NCBI GenBank assembly: GCA_963784995.1
Contig: CAWATZ010000006.1
Span: 8,853 to 72,852, forward strand
Length of the DNA: 64,000 bases
Reading direction: 5' to 3'
DNA from: an uncultured Planctomycetota bacterium
Lineage (GTDB): Bacteria; Planctomycetota; Planctomycetia; Gemmatales; Gemmataceae
The position numbers and the translations under genes are program-made. This document shows positions 36,083 to 46,419 of this stretch, in pieces. Positions within the stretch are counted from its first letter, which is position 1. Every line of letters begins with the position of its first letter. Under the pieces are notes generated by a model. The model saw only the letters and a list, made by a program, of their open reading frames with translations. It searched no databases and was not told the origin of the DNA.

Positions 36083-38650
36083 TCACGAGCCTTTCTGCTT
36101 CAGCCCACTTTTGGTTACTGAGATGTGCCCTGTTGTCATGTCAATGTCAAACTGCTTCTTGACGTACTCCTGGATAGCAGTAGGCCCTGCATCTGGCCCC
36201 AATGCCGTCAGCGCACGACGAACCGCCTCAATCTTAGTAATCTCTTCCTGTTGCCCCTGCCTTATTGTTTCGATCCCCGGAGCTGTCTGTGAGCTGCCAA
36301 TCCTTGCTTGACCTTTACCTGGCACCATACCCCGTGCCACTTCCAACTGCTTGATCTGGTCCTCTGTAAGGGCTGCCGGCTCCCCCTCCCAACCATTTCG
36401 TCCCTTATACATCTGAGCGCGGATAGACGAATCAGGGACTGTTTCCAGAGCGAGGTTATTCAAGGCATTTCGGGCATCCTGGAAAGACCAGCCCTCACGT
36501 CCCATCCACATCAGCACTCTCTTGACAGGGTAGCCGAAGAGTTGATACCGCTGCGCACCCATAGTCAGGGTGGCACCCTTCTTGCCCAGCCGGGTAAGGA
36601 CTTCCCCTTTGCCGGTCAGTTCACGCCATCTTTTCCCACCAGGCCCGCTGGCCCGTAGAGCCGCTTCGAGGTGGGCAATGTGTTCAGGAGCCAGCTTGGC
36701 ATGTTTCCCCTGACCCTTGCGTCCGAAATACAGGCAGGTGTTGATACAGCCGTCGCTGACCATCTCCCGCTTCAAGTGGTTCAAGGTAGGCCGAGCGTCT
36801 TTGTATGTCCAACCATGAGCGCCCATCCACCGGATGACCGAAGAGACTGAGAATCGTCCAAACAAGGGAGGAATCTTGCCGGTCCCGCCATCCTTATCTC
36901 CACCATTCACGGGCCCCTTGTCTTTTCCTTGTGGTATCGCGAGGTCGTCTAGGTGGGGAATTAGGGCTTTCTCCAGCCGAATCATCGCGTCGATCATAGC
37001 ATCCTGAATCGCTGGCCATTTCGACTCCTGGCTCTCGTAGCCGCCAAGTGTGATGAGGTGAGCAATGCGGTAAGCCTGCTTCTGCTGGCGGCGGCGCCAG
37101 AACAACTTGCCGCCGAATGTCTTCTCGATCTCTTCCTTTTGGCAGTGTAGATACCGGAAAATGTACTTGTTTTCCTGCTCCTTCCCTGCTCCACGGTTGA
37201 TATACAACTCGACACGACCCCGTTGCTGTTGGATGACGTAGACGAAGGGCACTCCCCGCAAGCCGAAACTGGCCCTGATAAATTGGGACTCGCCAGGGGT
37301 GATGTTTGTGTGCAGCGTAGTCTTCACTTTTGGACGGCTGAGAAGCCCTTGCCAGAATCTTTCGGCCGTCTTGTTGGACGAGGAGATAATACCGGAGCCA
37401 GGATCTGCGGGAGGCGGGAGAAGTTGATCTACGGGTAATAAGCCCGGAACGGACCCTGCTGGCGTCCAGGCAGGCATGCCAGGTTTCCAAATCAATGAAG
37501 CCTGGGTCAATTGGCCTCCCTGGTGCAACCGGCGCAACTCATCTGCAAGGACAGGACCACGCGAAACACCGCTTGCGTCAAGATAATGCCAGAGGTCAAC
37601 CAGCGGAGGACTCACTCCTTCCGAGGGACCAGCAGGCTTCGGTCCTGTCGGTGGCGTGGGAACGAGGCTGCTGATCCGGTCTGCCAGGGCGGCGGCGTCT
37701 TTCGGCCGATCCTCGGGATTATGCTCGAAGCACTGCTCCAACAGCGCTATCATCTCCGCAGGAACACCTTGCTCGGCGAACCTCTTCTTCCACGCCCCTC
37801 CGAGCGGAGGCTCCTTGGTAGGATCGCCCATCAGCAGCTGATACCACATCACTCCCAGGGCATGAACGTCGTCACGGGGGTCCGCTTGATCGCCTGCCTT
37901 CTGCTGCGGTGAGGCATACAGCGGAGTGCAGGAACCGTGGGCCATCGTCGCCAGCAGATCCCCCTTGCTCGTCGTCCCATAGCGCTCGGCGAGCACTTGC
38001 GTCTCAGCTACTATTGCTCCGATACCGAAGTCAGCAACAAGGAAAGTCCACCGCCCCTCTTTCGTTCGTCTGGCCAGCACGTTGGCTGGTTTTAGGTCTC
38101 GGTGGATCACTGGAGGGGATAAGCGGTGCATCCTGCCGACCGTCTCGGCCAGTACGCGAATGATAGTGCGGGCTTGTTCGACCCGCTTCTCGGTAGGTAA
38201 CTTCTGCATGCGCCGGATCAGGCTGGTCAGGTCTCCACCCTCAATGTACTCGTATTCCAGGCAGATCGGTTCGGTGTCGAGATAGGCATTCTTGAGCGTA
38301 ACGATCCCTTTCTCGACCTTTTGCATCATGACTTGATCGAGTAGAGCTGCTTCATGACGCAACGATGTTGCAGCCGTTAGATCCAGGCAGAATTTAAGAG
38401 CGACAGGCGGAATGCCTTTGAACTGGGTATGCTGGGCCTTCCAGACCTCCCCAAAGCCGCCGACACCGAGCAACTGGGTCAGTTGCCAGGGGACGCCTGG
38501 TAACGGTTTGTCTCCGACCTTGAACCTTGGCAAGCGGGACGGCAACAGCGGAACCAGATCCTTTGCACTTTTGAGCGTGAAGTAGCTTGGCACGGTGGTT
38601 CCGGTCGGATCTTCGGGCCGGCGGAACGAGCTGCGAATCCAGCCCGGCAC
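36083..38650 (-). CDS. Ser/Thr protein kinase fused to a DUF4268-like domain and C-terminal repeat domains
   Basis: LGVGGFGEVWKA, HRDLKPANVL, DFG. YINRGAGKEQENKYIFRYL...KEEIEKTFGGKLFW resembles DUF4268. Two about 65-aa repeats (VIRWMGAHGWTYKDARPTLNHL... / VLMWMGREGWSFQDARNALNNL...). GC about 55%. Confidence 0.8.
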   Translation of the reverse strand: MPGWIRSSFRRPEDPTGTTVPSYFTLKSAKDLVPLLPSRLPRFKVGDKPLPGVPWQLTQLLGVGGFGEVWKAQHTQFKGIPPVALKFCLDLTAATSLRHEAALLDQVMMQKVEKGIVTLKNAYLDTEPICLEYEYIEGGDLTSLIRRMQKLPTEKRVEQARTIIRVLAETVGRMHRLSPPVIHRDLKPANVLARRTKEGRWTFLVADFGIGAIVAETQVLAERYGTTSKGDLLATMAHGSCTPLYASPQQKAGDQADPRDDVHALGVMWYQLLMGDPTKEPPLGGAWKKRFAEQGVPAEMIALLEQCFEHNPEDRPKDAAALADRISSLVPTPPTGPKPAGPSEGVSPPLVDLWHYLDASGVSRGPVLADELRRLHQGGQLTQASLIWKPGMPAWTPAGSVPGLLPVDQLLPPPADPGSGIISSSNKTAERFWQGLLSRPKVKTTLHTNITPGESQFIRASFGLRGVPFVYVIQQQRGRVELYINRGAGKEQENKYIFRYLHCQKEEIEKTFGGKLFWRRRQQKQAYRIAHLITLGGYESQESKWPAIQDAMIDAMIRLEKALIPHLDDLAIPQGKDKGPVNGGDKDGGTGKIPPLFGRFSVSSVIRWMGAHGWTYKDARPTLNHLKREMVSDGCINTCLYFGRKGQGKHAKLAPEHIAHLEAALRASGPGGKRWRELTGKGEVLTRLGKKGATLTMGAQRYQLFGYPVKRVLMWMGREGWSFQDARNALNNLALETVPDSSIRAQMYKGRNGWEGEPAALTEDQIKQLEVARGMVPGKGQARIGSSQTAPGIETIRQGQQEEITKIEAVRRALTALGPDAGPTAIQEYVKKQFDIDMTTGHISVTKSGLKQKGS

Positions 38651-39024
38651 CTCTTCAGTAAGTCTTGATCGCCTCCTTAACTTGTCGGGGGTTGATTGCC
38701 GGCCACTTCCTCAACGACCTGTTCAACTGCTGTCTTGACTTGCTCTCGGCAGGTGCTGCGGCAATCTGCTTTCAGGTCTCCTTCAACCGGACGTGCTGCT
38801 CCTTGGTCTGTTTCAATCGGCCCAGACTTCCTCACTGACCTCCCATAGGACGCCGACAAAGGGTATCTCTCCGAGCAGCGCCTTGAGGCCCTTGCTGACG
38901 AGTGCCCCTCCCAGACAACGCAGAAACCCAAGCATGGGAGTCTCCTGGTGTACCTTCCATCAGCGGTCGGTCGCGTACAAGCGTACCGGTCGGGGGTCCG
39001 GACGATTGAGCTATTCACGGTTTA

Positions 39025-39045
39025 GTTGCGATTATACGCAAGGAG
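39025..39045 (-). promoter_or_regulatory. sigma70-like -10 box (gcgTATAATcgc on the minus strand) about 380 nt upstream of the kinase gene
   Basis: Shares the 11-mer tgcgattatac with a second site at 40566-40576 upstream of the DUF433/DUF5615 operon. Confidence 0.3.
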
Positions 39046-39418
39046 CGTGCCAATCGCTAGTGGATCTGCACGATCTTAGCAGGGATTGGCGCAACCGATG
39101 AGTTAACAGCCTGTTGCATCAACAGGAATCGGTTTCAGTGGAGAGAAGCTGTCAACACCCGGAGCCGCCAAAATGGCAGTCGGCCCTGGAGGCTTGTCAG
39201 TGGCAGCTGTCGAGCCTACATCAGCAAGGAGCGGCCGGTTGCTGGAGGTAGCGATGCTGCGGCGATACGCCGCGGAAGGTCCATCTGCCAGCCAGGCACA
39301 GTTCGCTTCCCGGACCTTTAACAGGTCAAACGCCCGGGAAGCCCGTGCCCACCGGAGGTCAGTAGCTCGGCAGCCGTTATGCGTTGTCGGTTCCAGCTAT
39401 GCAAGAGCAGCCCGTGCT

Positions 39419-39781
39419 TCAGAAGGGCAACCACTCGATTCGATTGTCCCATTCGGCCGGATCGCTTGCCAAGGCAACCATCGCGATGGCCTCGATAGCG
39501 TTAGCAATCAAAGTCCAGGGCTTTAAGACAAAGACACCTGGCATGGGTAGCCCCTGATCGACCCGTTCCAGGGCGAAACTGAGCATGGTACTCTTGTCAT
39601 TCGTGAGTAGAATACGGTTCTGTTCGGCAGCCCAGGCCAAGACGAGCGGGTCAGTAGCCCCATCCCTCCCGGACAGGCCGACAACATCTTGGGCGCGTAT
39701 CAAATCCACGGCTGGGTGGTGCCTGCGTACCCCATCAACCACTCGACCATCGAAGTCCTCATCACTCAGCAGGCGAAGCAT
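39419..39781 (-). CDS. DUF5615 (PIN-like) family protein, putative toxin
   Basis: MLRLLSDEDFDGRVVDGVRRHH...ILLTNDKS pattern. Confidence 0.6.
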   Translation of the reverse strand: MLRLLSDEDFDGRVVDGVRRHHPAVDLIRAQDVVGLSGRDGATDPLVLAWAAEQNRILLTNDKSTMLSFALERVDQGLPMPGVFVLKPWTLIANAIEAIAMVALASDPAEWDNRIEWLPF

Positions 39782-40544
39782 TGGTGGCTTTCCTCCTCGC
39801 CCAGCGATCCTTGATTTGCGCTTTCAATTCCGCATTCGATGGTTGAGAAGCCTCGATCTTCTGTCGCAACTCCTCCGCTTCCCGCTTTCGCCGGGTCAGG
39901 TACTCATCAACAACATCTCGATAGCGGAGGTAGTAGGCAATGACTTCCTGAATTTCGGCCAATTGGAGAGTGTCGTAACCTCTGGCTATGTCTTCTGGCG
40001 ATGCCCCAGCCTTGAACTCGTTAATGATCGTGTCGAGGCGGACACGCGACCGGCCCGCGTAGATGTCGGCGTGTTCATCCATGTACACCGGGGCAACACT
40101 CATCGAACCTAGTTGCCCCGGCAGCGGGTATTGCCAACCAGCAAGCGCTTCGCGGCGCAACCTTTCCAGATCCAATAAGACGGCGGTCAACTGCTCGGCT
40201 CTCGGCAACGGCTTACCGCCAAGCACGGCTGCCCGTTCCGCCAGGAGTTGCGCATCCTGCACGATGCCGAAACATTGCTGCAAGCTATGGAGGAAAGCAC
40301 CGTGGACGGCGCGTGCGGCCTCGACTTGGCCCTGCTCAATTGCGTGGCGCAAGCCGTCCCATTTCGACCGAATCTTCGCTGGAAGATCCAGGGCGGCGTT
40401 AACGAACTCTTGGGTATGTTGAATGAATGCACTCGCATCGACTTGCACACGCTCGCGGGCCGAGGCGGCATTGGCGAGGGGAGTATCGAGTAAGGCCGTC
40501 TCTTTCATTGGACCAGTTCCTTTCCAGGGTTGTGGAATGGCCAA
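39762..40544 (-). CDS. DUF433-domain protein with N-terminal extension, putative antitoxin partner
   Basis: C-terminal GRSRVRLDTIINEFKAGASPEDIARGYDTLQLAEIQEVIAYYL is DUF433-like. 20-bp overlap with DUF5615. Confidence 0.55.
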   Translation of the reverse strand: MAIPQPWKGTGPMKETALLDTPLANAASARERVQVDASAFIQHTQEFVNAALDLPAKIRSKWDGLRHAIEQGQVEAARAVHGAFLHSLQQCFGIVQDAQLLAERAAVLGGKPLPRAEQLTAVLLDLERLRREALAGWQYPLPGQLGSMSVAPVYMDEHADIYAGRSRVRLDTIINEFKAGASPEDIARGYDTLQLAEIQEVIAYYLRYRDVVDEYLTRRKREAEELRQKIEASQPSNAELKAQIKDRWARRKATNASPAE

Positions 40545-40556
40545 CAGTCAGCGGGC

Positions 40557-40814
40557 TCAGGTAACAACTGCGATTATACCACATCCGTCAGGAGACACCA
40601 CAGGGAAGGGGGCGACCCCAGTCGCAACCAGGTCTCCTTCTTTGGGTTCGGGCGATTCGGGTTTGTCGCTCAGCTCCTTCAGTCCGCACGGAAGAGGGAC
40701 CGGGGTTGGGATGCCAGCGAGTCGTATGGCTTCCTCGATCAGGTCGTCAATGCTGCTCCAGTCGATGTCTGGCCAACCCAACCGGCGGTACTCGGCTTTC
40801 ACAACCTGCATCAC
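40557..40814 (-). CDS. hypothetical protein
   Basis: ORF only. Confidence 0.3.
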   Translation of the reverse strand: MMQVVKAEYRRLGWPDIDWSSIDDLIEEAIRLAGIPTPVPLPCGLKELSDKPESPEPKEGDLVATGVAPFPVVSPDGCGIIAVVT

Positions 40815-40865
40815 TGGACTTTGGATCCAGGGATCCCCCGGCCGGAAGCGGGGCTGAAACAGCCT

Positions 40866-41195
40866 TCAGAACACCGGAGGAGCCGGCCTGCCCGTATCGC
40901 TGAAGATCACCGCAAGGATGCCGTACACCGCGTATTCATCGGTGACCAGGAAGCGAAAACGGTGGCCCCGACCCATCTCGGCATCGAAGATCGACAGTTC
41001 CACCCAGAACATGGGAGACCCGGGAGCCACTCGGAGAGACTCGTCCAGTCGGTAGTGGTCCCCATTCGTGCCGAGCATCGCCCGCAGGTTGGCAAAGATC
41101 CCTTCGCGGGCCAGATCCGAGAGCCCATCGAAATTCTGGTACGTACGCCTCGACATTCTCTCTGACGTCAACGGTGCAGGCCATGCCGGGCTCAC
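40866..41195 (-). CDS. hypothetical protein
   Basis: Real start possibly MSRRTYQNF at 41156. 4-bp overlap with the upstream gene. Confidence 0.4.
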   Translation of the reverse strand: MSPAWPAPLTSERMSRRTYQNFDGLSDLAREGIFANLRAMLGTNGDHYRLDESLRVAPGSPMFWVELSIFDAEMGRGHRFRFLVTDEYAVYGILAVIFSDTGRPAPPVF

Positions 41196-41767
41196 TTCCG
41201 CTTCTTTTGGAGGTCGGCAAGGATCTCGTCCACGGAGCGGAAACCTTCGCGGTTCAGCGGATCGCCCATTCGTGGAATGGAAGCAACGTCAACGGCTGGC
41301 AAGGGAGTCTCGGCCCAGATGCGGAGTGCTTCGGCTTTCTGCAGCAACCCCCGCATTGCCTCCTGGCGATCTTTCAGATGCAGAAACTGCTGAGCCATTC
41401 GTTGATCGAGGGAGGCAGATTGAAGCAGCAAAAGAGTGGCCTCCACACTCTTGAAGATGCCCCGAATCCCCACCTCAACTTCCCGGCATTCCCGAAGCAA
41501 TTTGCGGTGTTCCATGCCCAGTGTCAGCTTGTCACGGAGAAACTCCCAGTGCCGCTCGGCCAGGTCGCTGAGAAGGAAACTGGCATGAATCATTTCCGTG
41601 GCAGCATCCGGCAGGAGAGGTTGCCTCCGACTGGCCTCCAGTTCGTTAGAAGTTCGCCGCAGATTGTCCTGGATCATCTGCGATACGAGTGTATCGATCA
41701 TCAGGTCAATCCTCCATTTGTGACGCCGGGAAGTATCTCCAGCCATCGGCAATCGTCTTGAGATCAA
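41192..41767 (-). CDS. hypothetical protein
   Basis: ORF with protein-like composition. Start possibly MIDTLV at 41701. Confidence 0.4.
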   Translation of the reverse strand: MISRRLPMAGDTSRRHKWRIDLMIDTLVSQMIQDNLRRTSNELEASRRQPLLPDAATEMIHASFLLSDLAERHWEFLRDKLTLGMEHRKLLRECREVEVGIRGIFKSVEATLLLLQSASLDQRMAQQFLHLKDRQEAMRGLLQKAEALRIWAETPLPAVDVASIPRMGDPLNREGFRSVDEILADLQKKRK

Positions 41768-42002
41768 CCTCGCTCACCGGCAATTATCCTGACCGTCACG
41801 GATTTTGGGGGAGTGCCAAAAGAGGGCCCGAAGGGACGGCGTGTGTTGGTGGCGTGTTGGCGGTGTCGCTTTTTTGTCATCGGTGGGGCAAGCACGGACA
41901 CGCCGGGGCGCCTCCTGGCCAGACCGCCAGCATTTTGCGCCGTTGGCGGTGTGGCGGCCTCACCCCTTGGGGCTCGGCGTTCCCTCCTGTGGTACGAGGG
42001 CC

Positions 42003-42127
42003 GCAAGCCCGGAGGCTGGCCCTTCATCCCCACGGAATGGCAGCAAGCCTGCGGCCAGGAGGACCTCCTGGTCCCCGATAGCGTCTTGAAGATCGTCTGG
42101 CCTGAGTAACCGCCGTCCCTTTACGGA
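42003..42127 (+). repeat. repeat Y: orphan copy of the last about 105 bp of gene 31996..33595 plus about 20 bp 3' flank
   Basis: About 94% identical to 33488-33614. Encodes ...GRKPGGWPFIPTEWQQACGQEDLLVPDSVLKIVWPE*. Confidence 0.65.
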
Positions 42128-42326
42128 AGAATTTCGGCCGCCAGCGATTTCCCGCCCAGGCAGGCCTCAAGCGGATCCACCCGGGCCAACAGGTGGCGAG
42201 CCAACTCAGGCCGGGTGCGGACTGCCTGTCGTGCCAGTTCGTTGTTGTCCGTCGTCATGCCGACTCCTCTGGGGATGCCGTCAATGGGAAAGTATCTGTG
42301 CAAGTCCGAAGATTTCGGACGGCGTG

Positions 42327-43280
42327 TTAGCATCCCTGGTGAGGCACTGCACGAACTTGAGGGCACGCATCAGAGTAGCCAGGAGTTCCGCACGGCTCGG
42401 GCGATGGGGTTGCCTGACTGTACTCCAGTGTCCGCCTGAGCAGATCGCAGACGACGACCCCCCCTTTGTTCTGCCGGACCTGCCGCCAGACCCGGTAGCC
42501 GGCCAGGATCGCCTTCTGCCACTCGTACAGTGAGCAGGATCGCACTTCCCTGTCGGACACAATCCCTTGAATGGTCTTTAGCAGCGGGTAATCAAGCGTT
42601 TGCACGCCATCGAGGTAGTCATGCTTGCGGGCGTAATCGTACACGATGGCGGAGATGGCTTCCTCCACGATCTTGGCCCTTGCCCCGTCCTCGACCTCGT
42701 CCACCTTCGGCTTGCTCTTCCGCTTCCGCTTCAGCAGCGACCGCATCATGGGAGACCACCCGAGTATGGCCGCGTGGGCGAGGTGGAACACGTCGTGGAA
42801 TCGGTAGCCGTCGTCCTCGTAAGCGTTGTCAGTCAATGGGTCCCCGATGGCCTTGTCCCCGAGCCAGCAGCGGACTTTCACCTTGTCCCCGATTCTTTCC
42901 TCCCTGATTAGTATCTCGAAACGTCGGGGGAGTTGCTCTTGATCGGGGGAGTCCTCATCGAACAGTCTGCTGGGTTCTGCCCCGCCGCTCGGCCAGCGGT
43001 TCTGAGTCTTCTTCAGGTTGGCCACAGCGACCTCACTCAGGTCCAGATCAAACTTGGTAGCCACGTCAGCGACATACCACAGCAGGTCGCCCAACTCCTC
43101 CGCCATCTGCTCCTTGAACAGCAGGTGGGCGTTCCCGTCCCTGAGATGTTTCTTGTACTCCGCCAGGAGCGTGCCAACCTCGCCGGCCAGCCCCAGCAGA
43201 GGGATCAAGATTCCCCTCTCGTCGTGTGCCGGCGACTGGTCCGTTTCTCCGGCCTTTAACTGGTACTCGCGGAAGTGCAT
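42327..43280 (-). CDS. MazG-family nucleotide pyrophosphohydrolase with about 200-aa C-terminal extension
   Basis: LKAGETDQ...LLGLAGEVGTLLAEYKK...MAEELGDLLWYVADVATKFDLDLSEV is the MazG EExxE/D core. Confidence 0.75.
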   Translation of the reverse strand: MHFREYQLKAGETDQSPAHDERGILIPLLGLAGEVGTLLAEYKKHLRDGNAHLLFKEQMAEELGDLLWYVADVATKFDLDLSEVAVANLKKTQNRWPSGGAEPSRLFDEDSPDQEQLPRRFEILIREERIGDKVKVRCWLGDKAIGDPLTDNAYEDDGYRFHDVFHLAHAAILGWSPMMRSLLKRKRKSKPKVDEVEDGARAKIVEEAISAIVYDYARKHDYLDGVQTLDYPLLKTIQGIVSDREVRSCSLYEWQKAILAGYRVWRQVRQNKGGVVVCDLLRRTLEYSQATPSPEPCGTPGYSDACPQVRAVPHQGC

Positions 43281-43348
43281 GTGTATTCTCTTGAGCAGTA
43301 GGTCAGGGCGACTAACTCCGACAGCGACTTGCACCACGTCTAGCCCTG

Positions 43349-44631
43349 TCACAACTTCAACGCTTGGGTCAGGTAAGCAGCTGCGGCAACAACGAAGCGG
43401 ACGGCCGCCTGCTGGTTGCCAAGTTGCGGCGCGAACCGCAGAAGGCCCAACCCTACAAGGAACAGCGGCACGAGGTACTCGCGGTCCCAGTCTGTCCCGG
43501 AAGGGAAGACCTCCGCTGCCTTCCGGCGGAGCCGCTGGATCAGATCGACGCGACCCTTTAGGTAGGCCCCCAGGTCCGCAGGGGGCGTCTGGTCCCAGGC
43601 GATCCAGGTGCTGAATGACTCGATCTCATCCCCGCGAACCTCGGTCCGGAGGGTCAAGAAGCGGAGATTGCACTCAAGCAGGACGAAGTCCTTCGCGATG
43701 TGCGCCTCTCTTGTGCCCACCCGAAGTCGATGATCGTCGGTGCCCCTCGGGTCTTGAGGATGATGTTGCCAGGGTGCAGGTCGCCGTGGATCGCACCCCG
43801 ATACAGACGGAACAGCTTGGGCCTCAGCTGTTCCACCACCCAGAGCGGGTTGACAGTCTGCCCGCCAGAAGTGAGGGCGAACTTCTCTCCGGTCTTACCC
43901 CAGACTTCGGCCCAGGCGTCACCCCATACCGTCCCAAGGCCTCTCAAGTACCACTCGTATTCCTTACCCACCTCCACCTCGTCGGCAGAGGCGGTCCCGA
44001 ACCGCCGGTGGAAGTTACCGAGAAGGTTGAAAGCGGCCTCAAACGTCGATCCCGCCCGGTCGTTGTCGCCATCTTTCAGAGGCTTGCGGAGGTCTTCGAC
44101 CTCGAACGCCGGGGCAGCCGTCCCCGCAGCGGGGCTGACGAGCGGTACGGAGCCTGTGGCAGAACAGATCGACCACAAGATCCTGTAACCGGTTTGATCC
44201 TCGTCGAAGAGGATGGGGATGGCGAAGTTGTCCTTGGAGTCGTAGGCGAACGGTTTGATGCTCAGGGCGTTCTTGTACTCATCGACAAGCTTGTCGGACT
44301 TGCTGCGGTCCATGGTTTTGACGACAAGCGGGTGCGAGCACAGGGTGCCCGGTTCCTCGAAGGAGAAATGGCCGATCAAGACCAGGCTCCCGCTCTTACC
44401 CTCCATCTGGCCGATGCGGCTGAGGGGAATGAGGGTCAGCCTGACGGCCTTGTCGTGCGAGTCTCGATACTCAGGCAGCCCGAGAGCGGGCCAGACCGCC
44501 TCCTGGAACCCCCAGACGGCCTCGGCCCCTTGCCCGCCCCGAATCTTCGCCATGAGTTGTTCCGCGGAAAGACGGATGGCATCCAGCCGGTCCGCTTCCG
44601 TGGCCTCAAAGTTCACCTTCAGGGACACCAT
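43349..44631 (-). CDS. aminoglycoside-phosphotransferase / protein-kinase-like fold kinase (frameshift at about 43660-43690 in a G-run)
   Basis: IHGDLHPGNIIL...IIDFGW is an APH/ChoK catalytic loop plus DFG. Frame switches between ORFs 43654..44631 and 43349..43720 at ttcgggtggg. Confidence 0.6.
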
Positions 44632-44652
44632 GTTCAGTTCCTTGGGTGGTGC

Positions 44653-46419
44653 TTACCTTGGCCGCTCATCTTGTCGTTGGGCCGCCTCGACAGCCTCATT
44701 GATGCCCCATTTGGGCGGATACCAGAGGCTGAGTGGATTCGAGTGGGGCCTGTAGGTCTGTTTGATCCGCGTCCGGCCGCTGATTCCCTGGACCTCAGGG
44801 TGGGCCAACCGGGCGTACTTGTCGGTTTCGCAGAATAGGTTCTGGCAGTCGATCAGCTGCAAGGGGCGACCCCACAGGTCGCGGAACGGGATGCCCAGTC
44901 GCTCCAACTCCCGCTCTTGGTTGTCGGCCACCCAGCGGATGATGTCGGCCTCGCTTAGACCGCCCAGGCTGGTGAAGCACTTGCGGATGCCGTCGCGAGC
45001 CCCCGGCCCCGGCACCACGAACTGCATCTCCGTGAAGTTGGTGAGGGTGCTGTAGTTCAGATCGGTGACATACTGATAAGCCAGGAAGTCGCCGATCATC
45101 GGGTAGGAGACGACCAGCTCGAACGCTTGCCGCATGTTGCGGCAGGCAGCGATCCGCCTGGGCAGGGCATCTTGCATCATTTTCTGGAGCAGGCGGAGAT
45201 GGCTGCGGTGCTTGCGGTGGTTCTCATAGTCACCTGAGCCCGAAGGCATGATGTACGCCCCGGAATAGATTGCCTGCCCCCTTTCCAGGGCACGGTCGAA
45301 CACCGCCGCATACCGTTCGAGGTCGAAGTCCGCATACCGGGGCGTACCCAGCTCCTGCTCCAGCATCTCCCAGGTCTCAACCTTGTTGAACAGCTTGAAC
45401 ATGATCGTGCGGAAGAACACCTCTTCCGCCGCCTGGTCATGCTGGTAGATGACCTTGCGGATCAGGTACTGGCTGACCCGGTCAGAGGCCCGGTAGGCGT
45501 TGCAAAACTTGTACCGGGCAATGATTGGGTCGCTCGTCAGGGGCTGCATTCCCTCCAGCCGGCGGAAGAAAACCTCCTGCCGTTCCGCCGCGAACTTCCA
45601 GTAGGTACTGTACACCTCCGATGGCCTCGCTGGAGCCATCGGACAGATGACCTGCGGCGGTGGCCGTTCCTCAGGGGTTGGCCTGGCGGGCGGTGACTCT
45701 GCCTTGGCCGACAGCAGCGAGAACAGGTCGGGCACCTCGCGTGTCGGCGTGGTGCGGCGGGTGGTCGCCTTGCCCGCTCTCCCCGACCTTCTGGGGGCGG
45801 CGACCCGGTAGCGGACGCCGTCGATTGCCTCGATGGCTAGACGAACGGCGTCGGCAACCGTCCCCTCGTTGTCAAGGCGGACGACGCAGTGGCGGGCCTC
45901 CTCCGCCAAGGCCAGCTCATGGTAGGCGGGCAGCAGCTTCGACCCGAGGTCCGTCGGCTCGCTCTCCTCGCAACGGGAGGGCCGCTGGACAAGGAACACC
46001 ACCGCCGGCTCCACGTTGCCCCACTCCGCTCTCTCCATGGCGATCATGGCGTCAAGCGTCTTGGGAGCAGCCCCGCTGGCAAGGCCGTAGGCCCAGGTGG
46101 ACCACCAGAAACGGTCCAGCACCACCCAGCGGCCTCCGGTGAGGGCCGGCAGGATTCGGCCGGCGATGGCGGCGAGGTGAGCCGCGACGTGCAACAGTTG
46201 GAGGCTGGCTGGGGGGATGTTCGCAATACCGAACAGGCCGGGGTCGTGGTGCAACTGGTAGACGTGCCAGCCCAGTGTGCCGGGCTCGCGGCCGGGGAAT
46301 GCCAGCAGGTCACAAGGCGTGCCGCGGCCGCTCAGCACAGCAGCGACCTCTTTCGCCAGGGTGCTCTTGCCGACTCCGTCAGGCCCCTCGAAGACGATCA
46401 ACTTACCCGGCGTTGCCAT
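44653..46419 (-). CDS. thymidylate-kinase-like P-loop kinase fused to about 400-aa domain of unknown function
   Basis: LIVFEGPDGVGKSTLAKE (Walker A) and VVLDRFWWSTWAY (Tmk DR[Y/F] lid motif). C-terminal 400 aa with no recognised motif. Confidence 0.7.
   Translation of the reverse strand: MATPGKLIVFEGPDGVGKSTLAKEVAAVLSGRGTPCDLLAFPGREPGTLGWHVYQLHHDPGLFGIANIPPASLQLLHVAAHLAAIAGRILPALTGGRWVVLDRFWWSTWAYGLASGAAPKTLDAMIAMERAEWGNVEPAVVFLVQRPSRCEESEPTDLGSKLLPAYHELALAEEARHCVVRLDNEGTVADAVRLAIEAIDGVRYRVAAPRRSGRAGKATTRRTTPTREVPDLFSLLSAKAESPPARPTPEERPPPQVICPMAPARPSEVYSTYWKFAAERQEVFFRRLEGMQPLTSDPIIARYKFCNAYRASDRVSQYLIRKVIYQHDQAAEEVFFRTIMFKLFNKVETWEMLEQELGTPRYADFDLERYAAVFDRALERGQAIYSGAYIMPSGSGDYENHRKHRSHLRLLQKMMQDALPRRIAACRNMRQAFELVVSYPMIGDFLAYQYVTDLNYSTLTNFTEMQFVVPGPGARDGIRKCFTSLGGLSEADIIRWVADNQERELERLGIPFRDLWGRPLQLIDCQNLFCETDKYARLAHPEVQGISGRTRIKQTYRPHSNPLSLWYPPKWGINEAVEAAQRQDERPR

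Noticed and set aside
38677-39018. ORF immediately downstream of the TATAAT box upstream of the island kinase gene
   Set aside because: The translation is Arg/Ser/Cys-rich with no SD. It is more likely an untranslated leader or ncRNA than a protein.
42121-42366. 81-aa ORF on the minus strand right after repeat Y
   Set aside because: It lies partly inside the repeat-derived sequence and has no SD. It was not called as a gene.
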